This document shows, piece by piece, positions 1 through 11,682 of a DNA stretch of 46,093 nucleotides. This stretch comes from Macrostomum lignano (taxonomy: Eukaryota). The stretch's first letter is position 1, and each line of letters opens with the position of its first letter. The position numbers were made by a program, and so were the translations under genes. The stretch spans positions 1-46,093 of the forward strand of contig NIVC01004434.1 of NCBI GenBank assembly GCA_002269645.1, read 5' to 3'. The notes under the pieces were generated by a model, which worked only from the letters and a program-made list of their open reading frames with translations, was not told the origin of the DNA and did no database searches.

Positions 1-1142
1 TTTCGCCGATTCTCATTTCGCCATTCTCGTTTCGCCGATTCTCGTTTCGCCATTCTCGTTTCGCCGATTCTCGTTTCGCCGATTCTCGTTTCGCCGCATT
101 CTCATTCGCGATTCTCGTTTCGCCGATTCTCATTTCGGCCGATCTCATTGCGCCGATTCTCATTCGCCGATTCTCGTTTCGGCCGACATTCTCATTGTCG
201 CCGATTCTCATTTCGCGCACATTCTCGTTTCGCCGATTCTCGTTTCGCGGCGATTCTCGTTTCGCCGATTCTCGTTTCGCCGAATCTCATTTCGCCGATT
301 CTCATTTCGCCGATTCTCATTTCGCCGAATTCTGCATTTCGCCGATTCTCGATTTCGCCGACTCGTTTCGCGACATTCTCATTTCGCCGACATTCTCATT
401 TCGCCGATTCTCGTTTCGCCGACATTCTCATTTCGACGATTCTCATTTCGCCGACTCATTTCGCGCCGATTCTCATTTCGCCGATTCTCATTCGCCGATT
501 CTCATTTCGCCGATTCTCGTTTCGCCGACATTCTCATTTCGCCGATTCTCGTTTCGCCGACATTCTCATTTCGCCGATTCTCGTTTCGCCGACATTCTCA
601 TTGCCGATTCGCCGTTTCGCGACATTCTCATTCGTCCGATTCTCATTTCGCCGATTCTCATTTCGCCAATTCTCGTTTCGCCGATTCTCGTTTCGCCAAT
701 TCTCGTTTCGCCGATTCTCGTTTCGCCGATTCTCGTTTCGCCGATTCTCGTTTCGCCGATTCTCGTTTCGCCGATTCTCGTTTCGGCCGACATTCTCATT
801 TCGCGCCGATTCTCGTTTCGCCGACATTCTCATTTCGCGCGATTCTCGTTTCGCCGACATTCTCATTTCGCCGATTCTGCGTTTCGCCGCATTCTCATTT
901 CGCGCCGATTCTCGGTCGCGACATTCTCATTTCGCCAATTCTCGTTTCGCCGACATTCTCATTTCGCCGATTCTCATTTCGCCGACATTCTCATTTCGCC
1001 GATTCTCGTTTCGCCCGACATTCTCATTTCGCCAATTCTCGTTTCGCCGACATGTCTCATTTCGCCGATTCTCATTTCGCCGACATTCTCAATTTCGCGA
1101 TTCTCGTCGCCGACATTCTCATTTCGCCATTCTCGGTTCGCC
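1..1142. repeat. 15/17-bp tandem array (left arm of the foldback element)
   Basis: Direct reading of the TTTCGCCG(AC)ATTCTC(A/G) units. Confidence 0.95.
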
Positions 1143-1537
1143 GAAATTAGTTTCATAAGCCATCTGGACATTAGACCATAGACAACTACACTAATGCAAG
1201 TGGATTTAGATCCTAGGCTTGAAAAAATAAATTTAAAATTAGTAATTCTTCCTTCTGTATAGTCTATGGTAATCCTTCTGCATAGTCTATGGTAAAAAGT
1301 CTATAGCCAGTGGTAATATGTATGGTAGGAGGTTGAGGAATAACATCCAACTTTCAAGCAAACGCACCATGGCTCAAGCAGCACTACAATTAGCTACTTT
1401 TGTCCCAAGTTCGCGTGGAGGGCAGCTGCTTCACATTATGGGATATGTTGTACCTGTCGGCGAACGAGAATTGGCGAAATGAGAATGTCGGCGAAACGAG
1501 AATCGGCGAACCGAGAATCGGCGAAATGAGAGGTACC
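1..1537. mobile_element. Non-autonomous Mutator-like (Phantom/foldback-type) element with tandem-subrepeat arms; left end outside the window
   Basis: 15/17-bp array (TTTCGCCGATTCTCR / TTTCGCCGACATTCTCA) at 1-1142 and five inverted copies at 1455-1537 ending in GGTACC. Between them, ATG 1369 reads MAQAALQLATFVPSSRGGQLLHIMGYV, resembling the start of a FLYWCH domain, and is cut off by the right arm. Confidence 0.6.
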
Positions 1538-2955
1538 CGTTTTCAGCTTCTAAAAGAAAGAAATTTACTCTTTCCCTAAAGCGTCGCGGACGTCTGCGGC
1601 TGGCTAGAGAATCCCAGAAGCTGTCGTCCGACAGAGTCAGAAAACGTGAGTAATATGCAAATATTTTTATTGACTATTCATAAAGTAGGTACGCCTTTCC
1701 ACTCTTAGCTCGTAATATCTTAAACACGAGTGAGTAGTGTGGTCTAGGAGGATTCCGTTTTATAGGACATGCCCTCCTAAAATTTACTCCTAGACTCCTA
1801 CAAGTGTCTCCTAGCACTTTAAGTTTACTCTTTTGTTCATTGGACACATTTTTGATCAAGGATTCAAGATTTAGGAGACCCCTGACGGTTTAGGAGTCAA
1901 TAGTGTTTTATAGAACTTAAAATGTGTACTTTGTAACTTGTCACTTTGTTTTATTTAATACCTTTGGAGGACAGATTCACTAAAAACTCAAAATATTTTT
2001 AGATTGTGCAATTTCAAGCTATCGTTTCAAGCTAATTAAATTTTAGGATTGTGGAATTGTTAACAGGACTTTTTCACAGAATAAACTTTCTGAAATTTTG
2101 GACCCAAAACGGTCGCATAGCTACCTACCAACAAACCATTTTAGTATGTGGACTAGCAATCAGCGCCCCCGTTGGGAGCCAACAATGAATGAAACACAAT
2201 TTTTTGAATAAACATGCATGTAGCTTCTACGTGCAATAACCTCAGCAATTCCCCTTGTAAGAATTGACATCTCGGCGAATTCCTTCGGAAGCCTTGACAG
2301 CTCAGCTATTCCCCCACCCCGCGCGTGAACCTAGGCATCTCAACAATGCCCCCATAACCCTAGCCCTAACCCTAACCATAACCCTAAATTCTTGACATTT
2401 CAGCAATTCCTCCACCGTAAGCTTTGAAATTTCAGTAGCTAATTCTCCCCAAGAGGATCACAGCATTATAGCGATCGATCCACTTCAAGCCTTGACATCA
2501 TAGCAATTCCTAAATGAATCCTCTATGTTTGACATGACGCTTCATTTATGTCGGACATGACGTTCTTTTCTATTTTAAGTAGCTAACTTTCTTTCTTTTT
2601 GACTTAACACATCCTTTATTATTTTATAACGCTTCTTCTATCGTTGAGGAGCCAACAAAGAATGCCCATTACAATTTTCGATTCTATTTTATTTTTCTTA
2701 GGGTCGCGTCTTAATGTAGTTTGCCTGCTGAAACTTTAGTTGAATATATTTAACATAAAACGTCAAGATATAGAATGCAAAAAGTAACTCGTCGATTTAA
2801 TTCATTTTCTTTTCAAGCGTTAAAAAAATTCTGTTTAACAGAGCAATTTGAATGCAAAAACAAAACGTTTCACGATTGTGTTCCGATTAATCTAGTTTGT
2901 CAAACAACATTGTTTTCAAATCACGGTAAGATTGAATTCACTGAATTCATTCAAT

Positions 2956-4724
2956 CTACAGAGTCCTCTGACTTCCGCTGGAATTCACGCTGCTCTTTGA
3001 TGTTGCTGAACCCAGCCTTTGTAGACAGGGCATGTAAAAGTAGTAGAATCTTTTCGATAATCCGGCTATGAACAGAGCGTTGGTGTAGTACGGAATGGTG
3101 AACGCGAATGCAGCGAACTTTTCCGTCAGAATAGCTGAAAATGAGAGCGTTGAGTTTGAATGCTGATTGCAATAAAACAGGAAACGGCACGCAAACTGTT
3201 GGTGTTTTACAAAATATTGTAATTTCAGCAAGATACAGTTCCACCAAGACATTTGATACGATTTTCCTGAAAGTTTAAGCACTTATTCATGTCAGTGTAT
3301 TCAGAAACCACTGAAAATAGTGCCGGCCTGGGCAAAATTACATCATCAAAGGTTGAATAGACTATGCAGGAATATATAGGAATTCATGTCAACTTAATGG
3401 TCTCCTTAGTTCCATAGGAGTCAAACCGGTGTTCCGGAGCGACACAGAAGTGATGCCTCTGCTCTCTAGCTAACCACCTGTCGATTGCAGTTGGTTTTGT
3501 CCAGAGCTGTACTTCAGGCTTCATTCTGATGATGCTTCAGCTGACATCCTTTTTTCGTTCATTAAGAGTGGTTAACCGAAAGCAAAATAAAGAGGAATAC
3601 AATGAAATGATAAAAAACAAGCCGGATAGTTATAATAGTAAACTGTATTCGACAACTGTCGACTACTTACACACTTTGTAGTCGTAAAATATGTGTACTT
3701 GAGTGTTGACAACCATGCAGATTCTGGACATCAGGAAGCAGAAAAAGAACGACACGTTCATGCCGAGAAGAATCGCAGTCGCTCGAACTTCATTCTTCTC
3801 GCTCGAATTGTGCGTAGCAACGCCCATTTGTAAACGTTTCCGCTTCGAGTCAAACAGGACAATAATTATGATAACGGATGAGACGAATGTCAATGCGCAG
3901 ATAGTGAATATGATGACAAGCATGATTAAACTGCCAATCGCATGATTGGTCTTATTGGTATTGAAACTAGAGAAGTCCGGTATGCTGCAGCGGCCATAAT
4001 ACCTCCGCCGGCCATCCAGCGTGGTTACTTTGAACGGCCCCAACCATGCGAACGGCTCAATGAGCAGCATGCAGAAAACCAGCGACGCAGCAGCCGAGAT
4101 GCCGGCCGCTAATAGCATCAGGCATCGGTCGCGAAATTTCGTTAGAACAAACTTCGCTTTCAGTGGATACTTGACCGCATAGGTGCGAATCAGTGAGCAG
4201 ATTGTTAGCGCCACCGGTGACAGAATCACTGGGTAGTACAAGATGAAGAAGAATATCTTGCACATTACTTCCTGCAGCTCCTTGTCTTCAGCACGTATCA
4301 GACCCCACATTAGGTACATGAAGTCCATTCCAGGCGTTTCCCTTGAGTCCGGATTGGCGTTTTGGAAGTCCACAGTAATGAGCTCGTACAGTCGATAGAG
4401 CGTGCTGCAGACATCGGCGCTGAGAACGACCAAGAACCAGCTCCTGGCTGACTGTGAGTAGCCCGACTGTCCCCTGACTAGAAAGATTATCGTGAGAATT
4501 TGAAGCAGAAATCCCAGCGGAAATCCAACAGCCTTTACGACGCCAGAGTGATACTCAATATCTCGCTTCAATTCAGTACGCAGAAGGTTGAGAAACCCTC
4601 TATAAATCTTTTCCTCTGGCCAAGTCCCGTTTCTGCGCTGCATCTCAAAAAAAAAATATACCATTTTTAGTATATTGGATTTTGATAAATAAAATCTTCG
4701 GGGAGCTTTATTTATTAAATCCAT
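2956..4724 (-). CDS. Rhodopsin-class (class A) 7TM GPCR, divergent peptide-receptor-like orphan
   Basis: Exon 4724-3671 carries TM1-TM6 (ECL Cys, SLIRTYAVKYPLK at the DRY position, EVRATAILL before TM6) and ends at a GTAAGT donor at 3670 (phase 1). Acceptor TTTTCAG opens exon 3134-2956 (ILTEKFAAFAFTIPYYTNALFIAGLSKRF, TM7). Joined length 1233 nt, about 410 aa. The true start may be the internal MQRRNGTW. Confidence 0.85.
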
Positions 4725-5234
4725 AGCAACTTAACAGAAACATGTAGCTATGGGTATAATTAAAAAGTTCGAACGTTGAAAATATATTTTGTACTTACCG
4801 GCGTAGTCTTTGAAATCTTTAGACATTTTTTGCTTCTGTCATACTTACAATACAGGTTATATACGTCGTACTTCGCTCAATTTGAACCAACAATGCGTCT
4901 GAGTTCCAAACTGTCAATACGTTTGTTTAAATACACGCATTTTCCAGTAATTTCTCACAGAAGTAAACAAGGGCGGTACCCAAAGTAAAATCCCTCTTTG
5001 GTTTGGGGCTGCATGCAGTACGTTATTGGGCTTTCCGATTATTGCTTGCCATCGCCTCATTCGGCAATATTTGTGCAAATTAATTTTGCAACATGTGCTG
5101 ATGGACAAGTTAGTGACAAGGATTTAGTGTGCTTACTAAAATTATTGAGACCGCTGTCGGTAAAGAGGGTGTGAATTGATCGAAAGAGTCAAAATGGAGC
5201 CGGAAACAAAACATTTATTAAAACCTATAAAAAG

Positions 5235-5478
5235 AGATTTATCATGGTCATCTCGTCAATTCAAGCATTTGAAGCTCTAAGGACTGGGGCGTCGCCAACA
5301 CACACCTACAATTATCCAATGGCTAATGCTGGCACCCATTTTACAGCTGGGTGAACTGAAGCAATGCAGAGTTGAGCGCCTTGCTCGAGGACACAAATTT
5401 TTCCGAGTGGGTCGAGAATCGAACCCTTGACCTTTCAGTCGTGAGTTCCGACGCCCTAACCACTGGGCTACAACCTCG
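5235..5478 (-). mobile_element. tRNA-derived SINE with CORE-like central domain
   Basis: Minus strand shows A box TAGCCCAGTGGT (5459-5470) and B box GGTTCGATTC (5416-5425). Then GTGTCCTCGAGCAAGGCGCTCAACTCTGCATTGCTTCAGTTCACCCAGCTGTAAAATGGG (5335-5394) aligns by eye with the MIR/CORE consensus. The 3' boundary is approximate. Confidence 0.8.
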
Positions 5479-6798
5479 CAGTGGCGTCGCCAACGGGGGA
5501 AAGGGGGGACATGTCCCCCCAATAAAAGACCTGGCAGGGACATGACAATTCTTTGTCCCCCCACCCCGTACCTTGACCCGTTATGGAAATAAAAAAAGTT
5601 GCTACAGGGCGACAAAACATAGCGACTGCGGCGCTAAAATGAGTGCCTGCGGCGCTAAAATGAGTGCCTGCGGCGCTAAACTGAGTGCCTGCGGCGCTAA
5701 ATGAGTGCCTGCGGCGTTAAAATGAGTGCCTGCGGCGCTGAAATGAGTGCCTGCGGCGCTAAAATGAGTGCCTGCATCGCTAAAATGAGTGCCTGCGGCG
5801 CTAAACGAGTGCCTGCGGAGCTAAAATGTGTGTCTGCGGCGCCAAAATGAGTGCCTGCAGCGCTAAACTGAGTGCCCGCGGCGCTATAATGAGTGCCTGT
5901 GCGGCGCTATAATGAGTGCCCGCGGCGCTATAATGAGTGCCTGCGGCGCTAAACTGAGTGACTGCGGCGCTAAAATGAGTGCCTGCGGCGCTAAAATGAG
6001 TGCCTGCGGCGCTAAAATGAGTGCCTGCGGCGCTAAAATGAGTGCCTGTGCGGCGCTAAAATGAGTGCCTGCGGCGCTGAAATGAGTGCCTGTGCGGCGC
6101 TAAAATGAGTGCCTGCGGCGCCAAAATGAGTGCTTGTGCGGCGCTAAAATGAGTGCCTGCGGCGCTAAAATGAGTGCCTGTGCGGCGCTAAAATGAGTGC
6201 CTGTGGCGCTAAAATGATTGCCTGCGGAGCTAAACTGAGTGCCTGCGGAGCTAAAATGTGTGTCTCCGGCGCCAAAATGAGTGCCTGTGCGGCGCTAAAC
6301 TGAGTGCCTGTGCGAAGCTAAACTGAGTGCCTGTGCGGCGCTAAAATGAGTGCCTGCGGCGCTAAAATGAGTGCCTGCGGCGCTAAAATGAGTGCCTGCG
6401 GCGCTAAAATGAGTGCCTGCGGCGCTAAAATGAGTGCCTGCGGCGCCAAAATGAGTGCCTGCGGCGCCAAAATGAGTGCCTGCGGCGCCAAAATGAGTGC
6501 CTGCGGCGCTTAAATGAGTGCCTGCGGCGCCAAAATGAGTGCCTGCGGCGCTTAAATGAGTGCCTGCGGCGCTTAAATGAGTGCCTGCGGCGCTAAAATG
6601 AGTGCCTGCGGCGCTTAAATGAGTGCCTGCATCGCTAAAATGAGTGCCCGTGCGGCGCTAAAATGAGTGCCTGTGCGGCGCTATAATGAGTGCTGACAAC
6701 ACTGATTCTGAAAATAATGTACATGTAGGAATTTAGTCATGTACATGTATAATTGTTGGCTTTGTCCCGCCACCATAAAATCCATGGCGACGGCCCTG
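5479..6798. mobile_element. Non-autonomous hAT-like element containing a 21-bp satellite
   Basis: Imperfect 14-bp TIRs CAGTGGCGTCGCCA (5479) and TGGCGACGGCCCTG (ends 6798); internal palindrome GGGGGGACATGTCCCCCC. No clean 8-bp TSD. Confidence 0.6.
5625..6693. repeat. 21/23-bp tandem array GAGTGCCT(GT)GCGGCGCTAAAAT, about 50 units
   Basis: Direct reading. Confidence 0.95.
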
Positions 6799-8152
6799 CC
6801 AACCCCACTTATACATCGAGCTACATGTAAAAATAACTAACGAGCTTTATATACATTATAAACAAAAAGGCGGTAATTTTTTTAACTAGATGGTACATGT
6901 GCATGCATTATTTTTGGAAAGTTCTTCCATCCTATTATAATATTTCTTTGTGAATCCCTTCACGTGCAGCTGTACCCATCACGTGCTTCATCATAATTAG
7001 TTGTCGACGATGCCATACAAACAATACTTGATATAAATGAGTGCGTTCGACTGTATTGTAATAGGGGCGTGGCTTTCGCCCCGGAGCGTTTCCAGAAAGG
7101 CTGGTGGATCGGAAAGCCAAAATACCACATGTAGCTTAGCTAATCTTTTTGTCTTTTTGTCTGCAGTGACTTTCAATAAAACGTTTAAAAGTTTAACGTA
7201 ATTATAATAAAATAAGAAGTAATCTCGAGTTTGATTATCATAATAAGCGCACCGCTCTCAAATCTTTGGGGCTCACGTTCGGTTGCAATTTTTCGATCTA
7301 GACTAGAGCTTGGCAACTTATGCAGAAAAAAATTTAAAAAGCCAAGAAAAATCCACGCATCGTGGATACACCAATCTTTCGTAGAGAGTTTTACGACCTT
7401 AACCTCAGAATTATTTAGCAACATTAGATGTATAAGCAACAATTATTTAAATATTTTTAATTCGCAGTAAAAAATCAACCATAATTAAGCTGCATGTATC
7501 GAAACTTCGAAACTTCATAAGCCCGAAATTTCTCATCAAAAACCTTACATCCAGCAAGTCGCTTCATAGGGTCGAAATTTTACAACGCCAAAAACTACTG
7601 GATATGGCTCTTGTTATGTTAAGTTTTCGACCTTGTGAAAGTGGCTGCTAAATCTGGGTTTTCGACGTTTCCTAACGTTCAGTCTCCAGCAGAGCATGTG
7701 ATTCCCACTGCGATCTAACTTGAGAAAGAGATGATCTTGCTATGGGATTGGGAAGCCACTGAAAGCGCTTGCCACACCTATAGTGGGTGTGGCAAGGGTG
7801 GCGCCCAACACCTCTGATTTGGCGTCCGTTATCAAAAGTATGGGTATTACCCGAGTTGCAGAACTCAAGGGTTGTAATGGCAAATGTAAAGACAGGATTG
7901 ATATACATGCAATATGCACTCATGAGCGCCAACCCCCCAAGGCACAAAGCTAGTGTACATGGGCTGACGATTAGAAAGTCATGCAGGACCATGGTACACC
8001 CTGTTAAGAGTTAAAAATATAACATTAACATTGACAACTAGCAAAATTCTATGTCAATAAGATTGTTATTAACTTAATCAATGCAAGAAATTTGCGGATA
8101 ACAATGTGGAAATTTGCGGGCACTATGTTAGAGATAGGCAGAAAGTTAAGAA

Positions 8153-8966
8153 AGTCTATGGTCGAAGGCTATTTTTTTCGGTGGATGGGCAAATCTTTGT
8201 GCCATAGACTAAACACTCGGATTAATCGAGAGGACGGGGCTATGGAGCCGCGTTTTGAAGCAACGATTCTAGAAAGTTCTGTCTGTCTAATCAACTACTG
8301 ACTAAGAATGTTCAACTATGCGAATCTGCCCGACCAACTTATCAGCGGTCTGTCAACAGAGGAGTTGAATTGGGTGTCGTCAGAGTCAGCAACCCGCTAT
8401 TTGGAAGAATTGAGTGGCGAGTTCGCTCGACAACTAGACGCTGAAGAGATTCAGCAGGACCTAAGCGAAGATCAGGACCATCGCGGTTAACACCGACCTT
8501 AAAGAGTTCAGCGAGCGTGGAGCGCTATACGCGAGTGAGGCGCGATGCCGACTTCCGTGCGATGTCATCAGCGCTGAGCGTCGAGACAAGCGCCTCCCAG
8601 GTCTCTATCCGTCGTGTTGGTCAGGATGGTGAAGTGGCGATCAGTGAGATATTGAAACCAAGGGCTATTGAAACCAAGTATGGAGAACGGCAATCAGAGC
8701 CGGCTGCAATCGTCGTGAACTTTAACGGGACCTTCCAGAATTGCACGTTTAATCTAACTGGAGTTGGTAAGCAGTAGCTTGGAAAAAGTAAAATGTCGTT
8801 TGATTGAATGAACTAAACTAACAAGCCGAAAATTGTTGCGTTACTGTTACGAAATTATAAAAGTACGAAAACGTAAAAGAAAACTAAATCATAATAATCC
8901 TATAAAAGTATAATTTCTTTTCAAATATAAAAGCATTCTTGATTGTAACTTGTTTTACCATAGACT
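8153..8966 (+). pseudogene. Possible decayed Crypton-like (tyrosine recombinase) element
   Basis: With frameshifts near 8478-8503 the two short ORFs join as ..SEDQD-IAVNTD(L)K-SSASVERYTR..FRAMSSAL, resembling the C-terminal T-G-H-K-S-x4-Y motif of tyrosine recombinases. It ends NFNGTFQNCTFNL. Bracketed by AGTCTATGG (8153) and CCATAGACT (8958). Confidence 0.35.
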
Positions 8967-10710
8967 ACGAAAATTTGAGACGAAATTTCATTCATTGATA
9001 CCCCGAAAAGGGACACTTGAGCTCAGGAAAGTTAATGACAATCTGAAGTTTTGACCCTAAACCAGAAGATATAAGTAGAAAACTATGAAATGCCCAGGCG
9101 CAGTGAAGGGCGAGGCAGAAAAGCACAATGGAACCCCTAGATAGCTATTAGAAGGGCAAACAGAAGCAGCATTAAGACAATTAATAAACTGTCAAGTCAG
9201 GTATGAATGACCGAATCTAATAAAGCCTCTTTCCATTCCAGCGACTAGCAACACCCGCGCAGGCACAATGGCGCTCAAACCGGCCGGGAGAAGCCCGACT
9301 CAGACAGCAATGACGTCAAAAAGAGCAATCGGTCCGTGGCACGCGTAAGAACCGGGCGAACTTTGGAGGAGAATCGCACGGCCCGCCCCACGGACTTCTA
9401 TCCAACCCGAAGCTGGCCAACAAGAAGGCGAGGTCAACCCCAAGTAGCTTGACAACCGAGAGAGAGGACTGTTAATTTAATCATCTATGGTTAGAGTTAA
9501 GAGAAGGAAGACTTCTATCCCAAAATTTATCCAACTCAAAGCATGATTTACAAAACTCCGAATTTCTAACCCACACACTTAGCAACCTATTAATAGAACT
9601 AGCTAAATTCGTGTACAAGCTTCCTTTTTCCCATCTTGCGCGATTTCAGATCTTAACTCGCTCTATTTGTGCTGGTCTCTGGATTATCCAGTTAATAAGG
9701 ATTATCCGATAAAGGCACCAGAGAAAAACGCGTATAATGAGCCACGGTTCCTGCTTACAGCATATCCGAGATCACCGAAATTCGTTTTCACGAATTTACC
9801 GAAAGCGTTGCGTTAAAAGGTGGTGCCCAAAACATCCTGCAATATATTTATGACTCAATAATATTTTATTGCTCCTCGCAGTAAAGTTACAGTTAAACTT
9901 TAAAATGAAATGGATGCAGTGTGCATGTACTTTGGGCAAAAAGGTAACGTTATGACGATGGTCTTAAACATTTCAATAGCTTTTTTAGGTGCAATAATAG
10001 ATCGGCGAAAGCAAGCAAGCAAGCTGCAGTCGAAAAAAGTGCCTATTTAGTGCACGCCTCTGGTTCGCCGGCAAGTTCTCATCATCAGTTCTCATGCAAG
10101 TTTCTCATGCAAGTTCTCATGCATGGAATGGAGCAAGCAGAAATGCGCCGCGGATTGCGTGAATTTAAACGTTAAGCCTGATTTCTCTGAATTCCTAAAA
10201 GTTTTTTCTAAAAGTTTTGCTAAAAGTAAGAATAGAGATGCTATTATATTTTATTTATTATTTGGTGCAATGTTTCAACTTGCTGTTTTGGAGGAGAGAT
10301 CTTTTAACCACAAATGCCAACTCGGCTGAACCAGCAAGCCCACTCAAAAAAGATTGAATGTTAAAACTTTTTGAGGCATACTTTTATATACTAATCTATC
10401 AATTTTCAAGCCTTTTCTGGGGCATGGGCTTAAAAGTGGATAGGACCCAGCTAGCGACTAGCTAGTAGAAGCGAACTACCGGGCTTAAAATTAAATGCAT
10501 TAAAACAAAATATTTTCCAACAAAAATATGAATTAAACTAGCTTGCTTTAATGTATGATTCATTAATTTTTATAAAGTTTAGAGATCCTTCCATTTGTAC
10601 ATCAAAGGAAATAAATGTTACTAATTCTTTATTATGCAGAATGACACTAGAAACAAAGCTTCAACTTCAGGAATTCTTGCGCTTAACAATAACATGTACA
10701 GAATCTATTC

Positions 10711-10722
10711 GAAAACGAAACT
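10711..10722 (+). promoter_or_regulatory. Candidate ISRE/IRF-E site GAAAACGAAACT about 970 bp upstream of the IRF ATG
   Basis: Exact GAAANNGAAACT match; function untested. Confidence 0.35.
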
Positions 10723-11682
10723 CGATTGCTATTATTAGAATCAAAGACTCAGATGGGCCACTAAACAATTAATTTTTTTTAACTGTGATCCATTGTGCTT
10801 AGCCAAAACAAGTTTTTCTATCAAAAAGTTGCACTATTGCAAAACTCGATTCCGGAACTACACCTTGTCTCAGTTGTCTTCTCTGGAGTCTGAGTCTGAA
10901 TTGTGATACTCGTCTGTGTTTCACAGATTTTTAGTTTAGCGTAGCGGGTAGTTTAGTGTTTTGATATAAATTTTTCCTGGGCCTAATGTTAATTTTTTTA
11001 AATAACCAACAATCCTCAAAACGGTAGGCTTGAGTAAAAAAAGTTGTTTCATTCTTTTTCTACTTTTTGGTTAAAACTCATTCAAAGACAAATCTTAATA
11101 GCTATAGCTCGAACTAGTTATTTGTTGCTAAGCAGCAACAACAACTAGTTATTTTCTGTATGAAAAGAGTCATATTTTTTGTATGAACTTTATACATTGT
11201 CTTAAATCTACGTAGTTTTACATCAGTTACGTGGGACATATAGCATTGATTTTGTTCAAAAGTAGATCCATGTAATTTTATGCTAAAACAATTATTAGCT
11301 ACTATTTTGATATAGGAAAAGTTCTAGTTTTGTCATTAACAGGATTTAAATATGGAATAGAATAACCATATTTATTAACACACTAAGCCATGCACTGAGG
11401 CTAGGCTAAATGAAATGAATTATTGTTGTAATTATTAAATAATCAATCACATACCTACCTATTTACCTAGAAAAAGACAATCCATTTTTAGTATAGTGGA
11501 TAGGATAATCCAGTAAAATATTTTTTTAAATCAAAATTTCGATTTCCTGCTAGCAGCTGTAGCGGTTATACTCTTTTAGTGTGATTTTTATGTATTTAGA
11601 GTTAAAATGTTTAAATCATTTGTCAAAAACATGTAATATTGTGCATATCTGTTGATCTTTGGTCATTGTCAACATATACTTC

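Noticed and set aside
148-1181. 336-aa and 328-aa ORFs (RRFSF/ADSRF repeats)
   Set aside because: Translations of the 15-bp array; open only because the main unit is a multiple of 3 and lacks stops.
2352-2387. CCCTAA-like run as a telomere or Helentron-type signature (also 20710-20735)
   Set aside because: Only a few degenerate units; no element boundaries could be defined.
5405-5478. tRNA gene
   Set aside because: A and B boxes are present, but the acceptor and anticodon stems do not pair properly and it continues into a SINE body.
9040-9480. GC-enriched block, possible LTR or exon
   Set aside because: No ORF, termini, second copy or splice pairing found.
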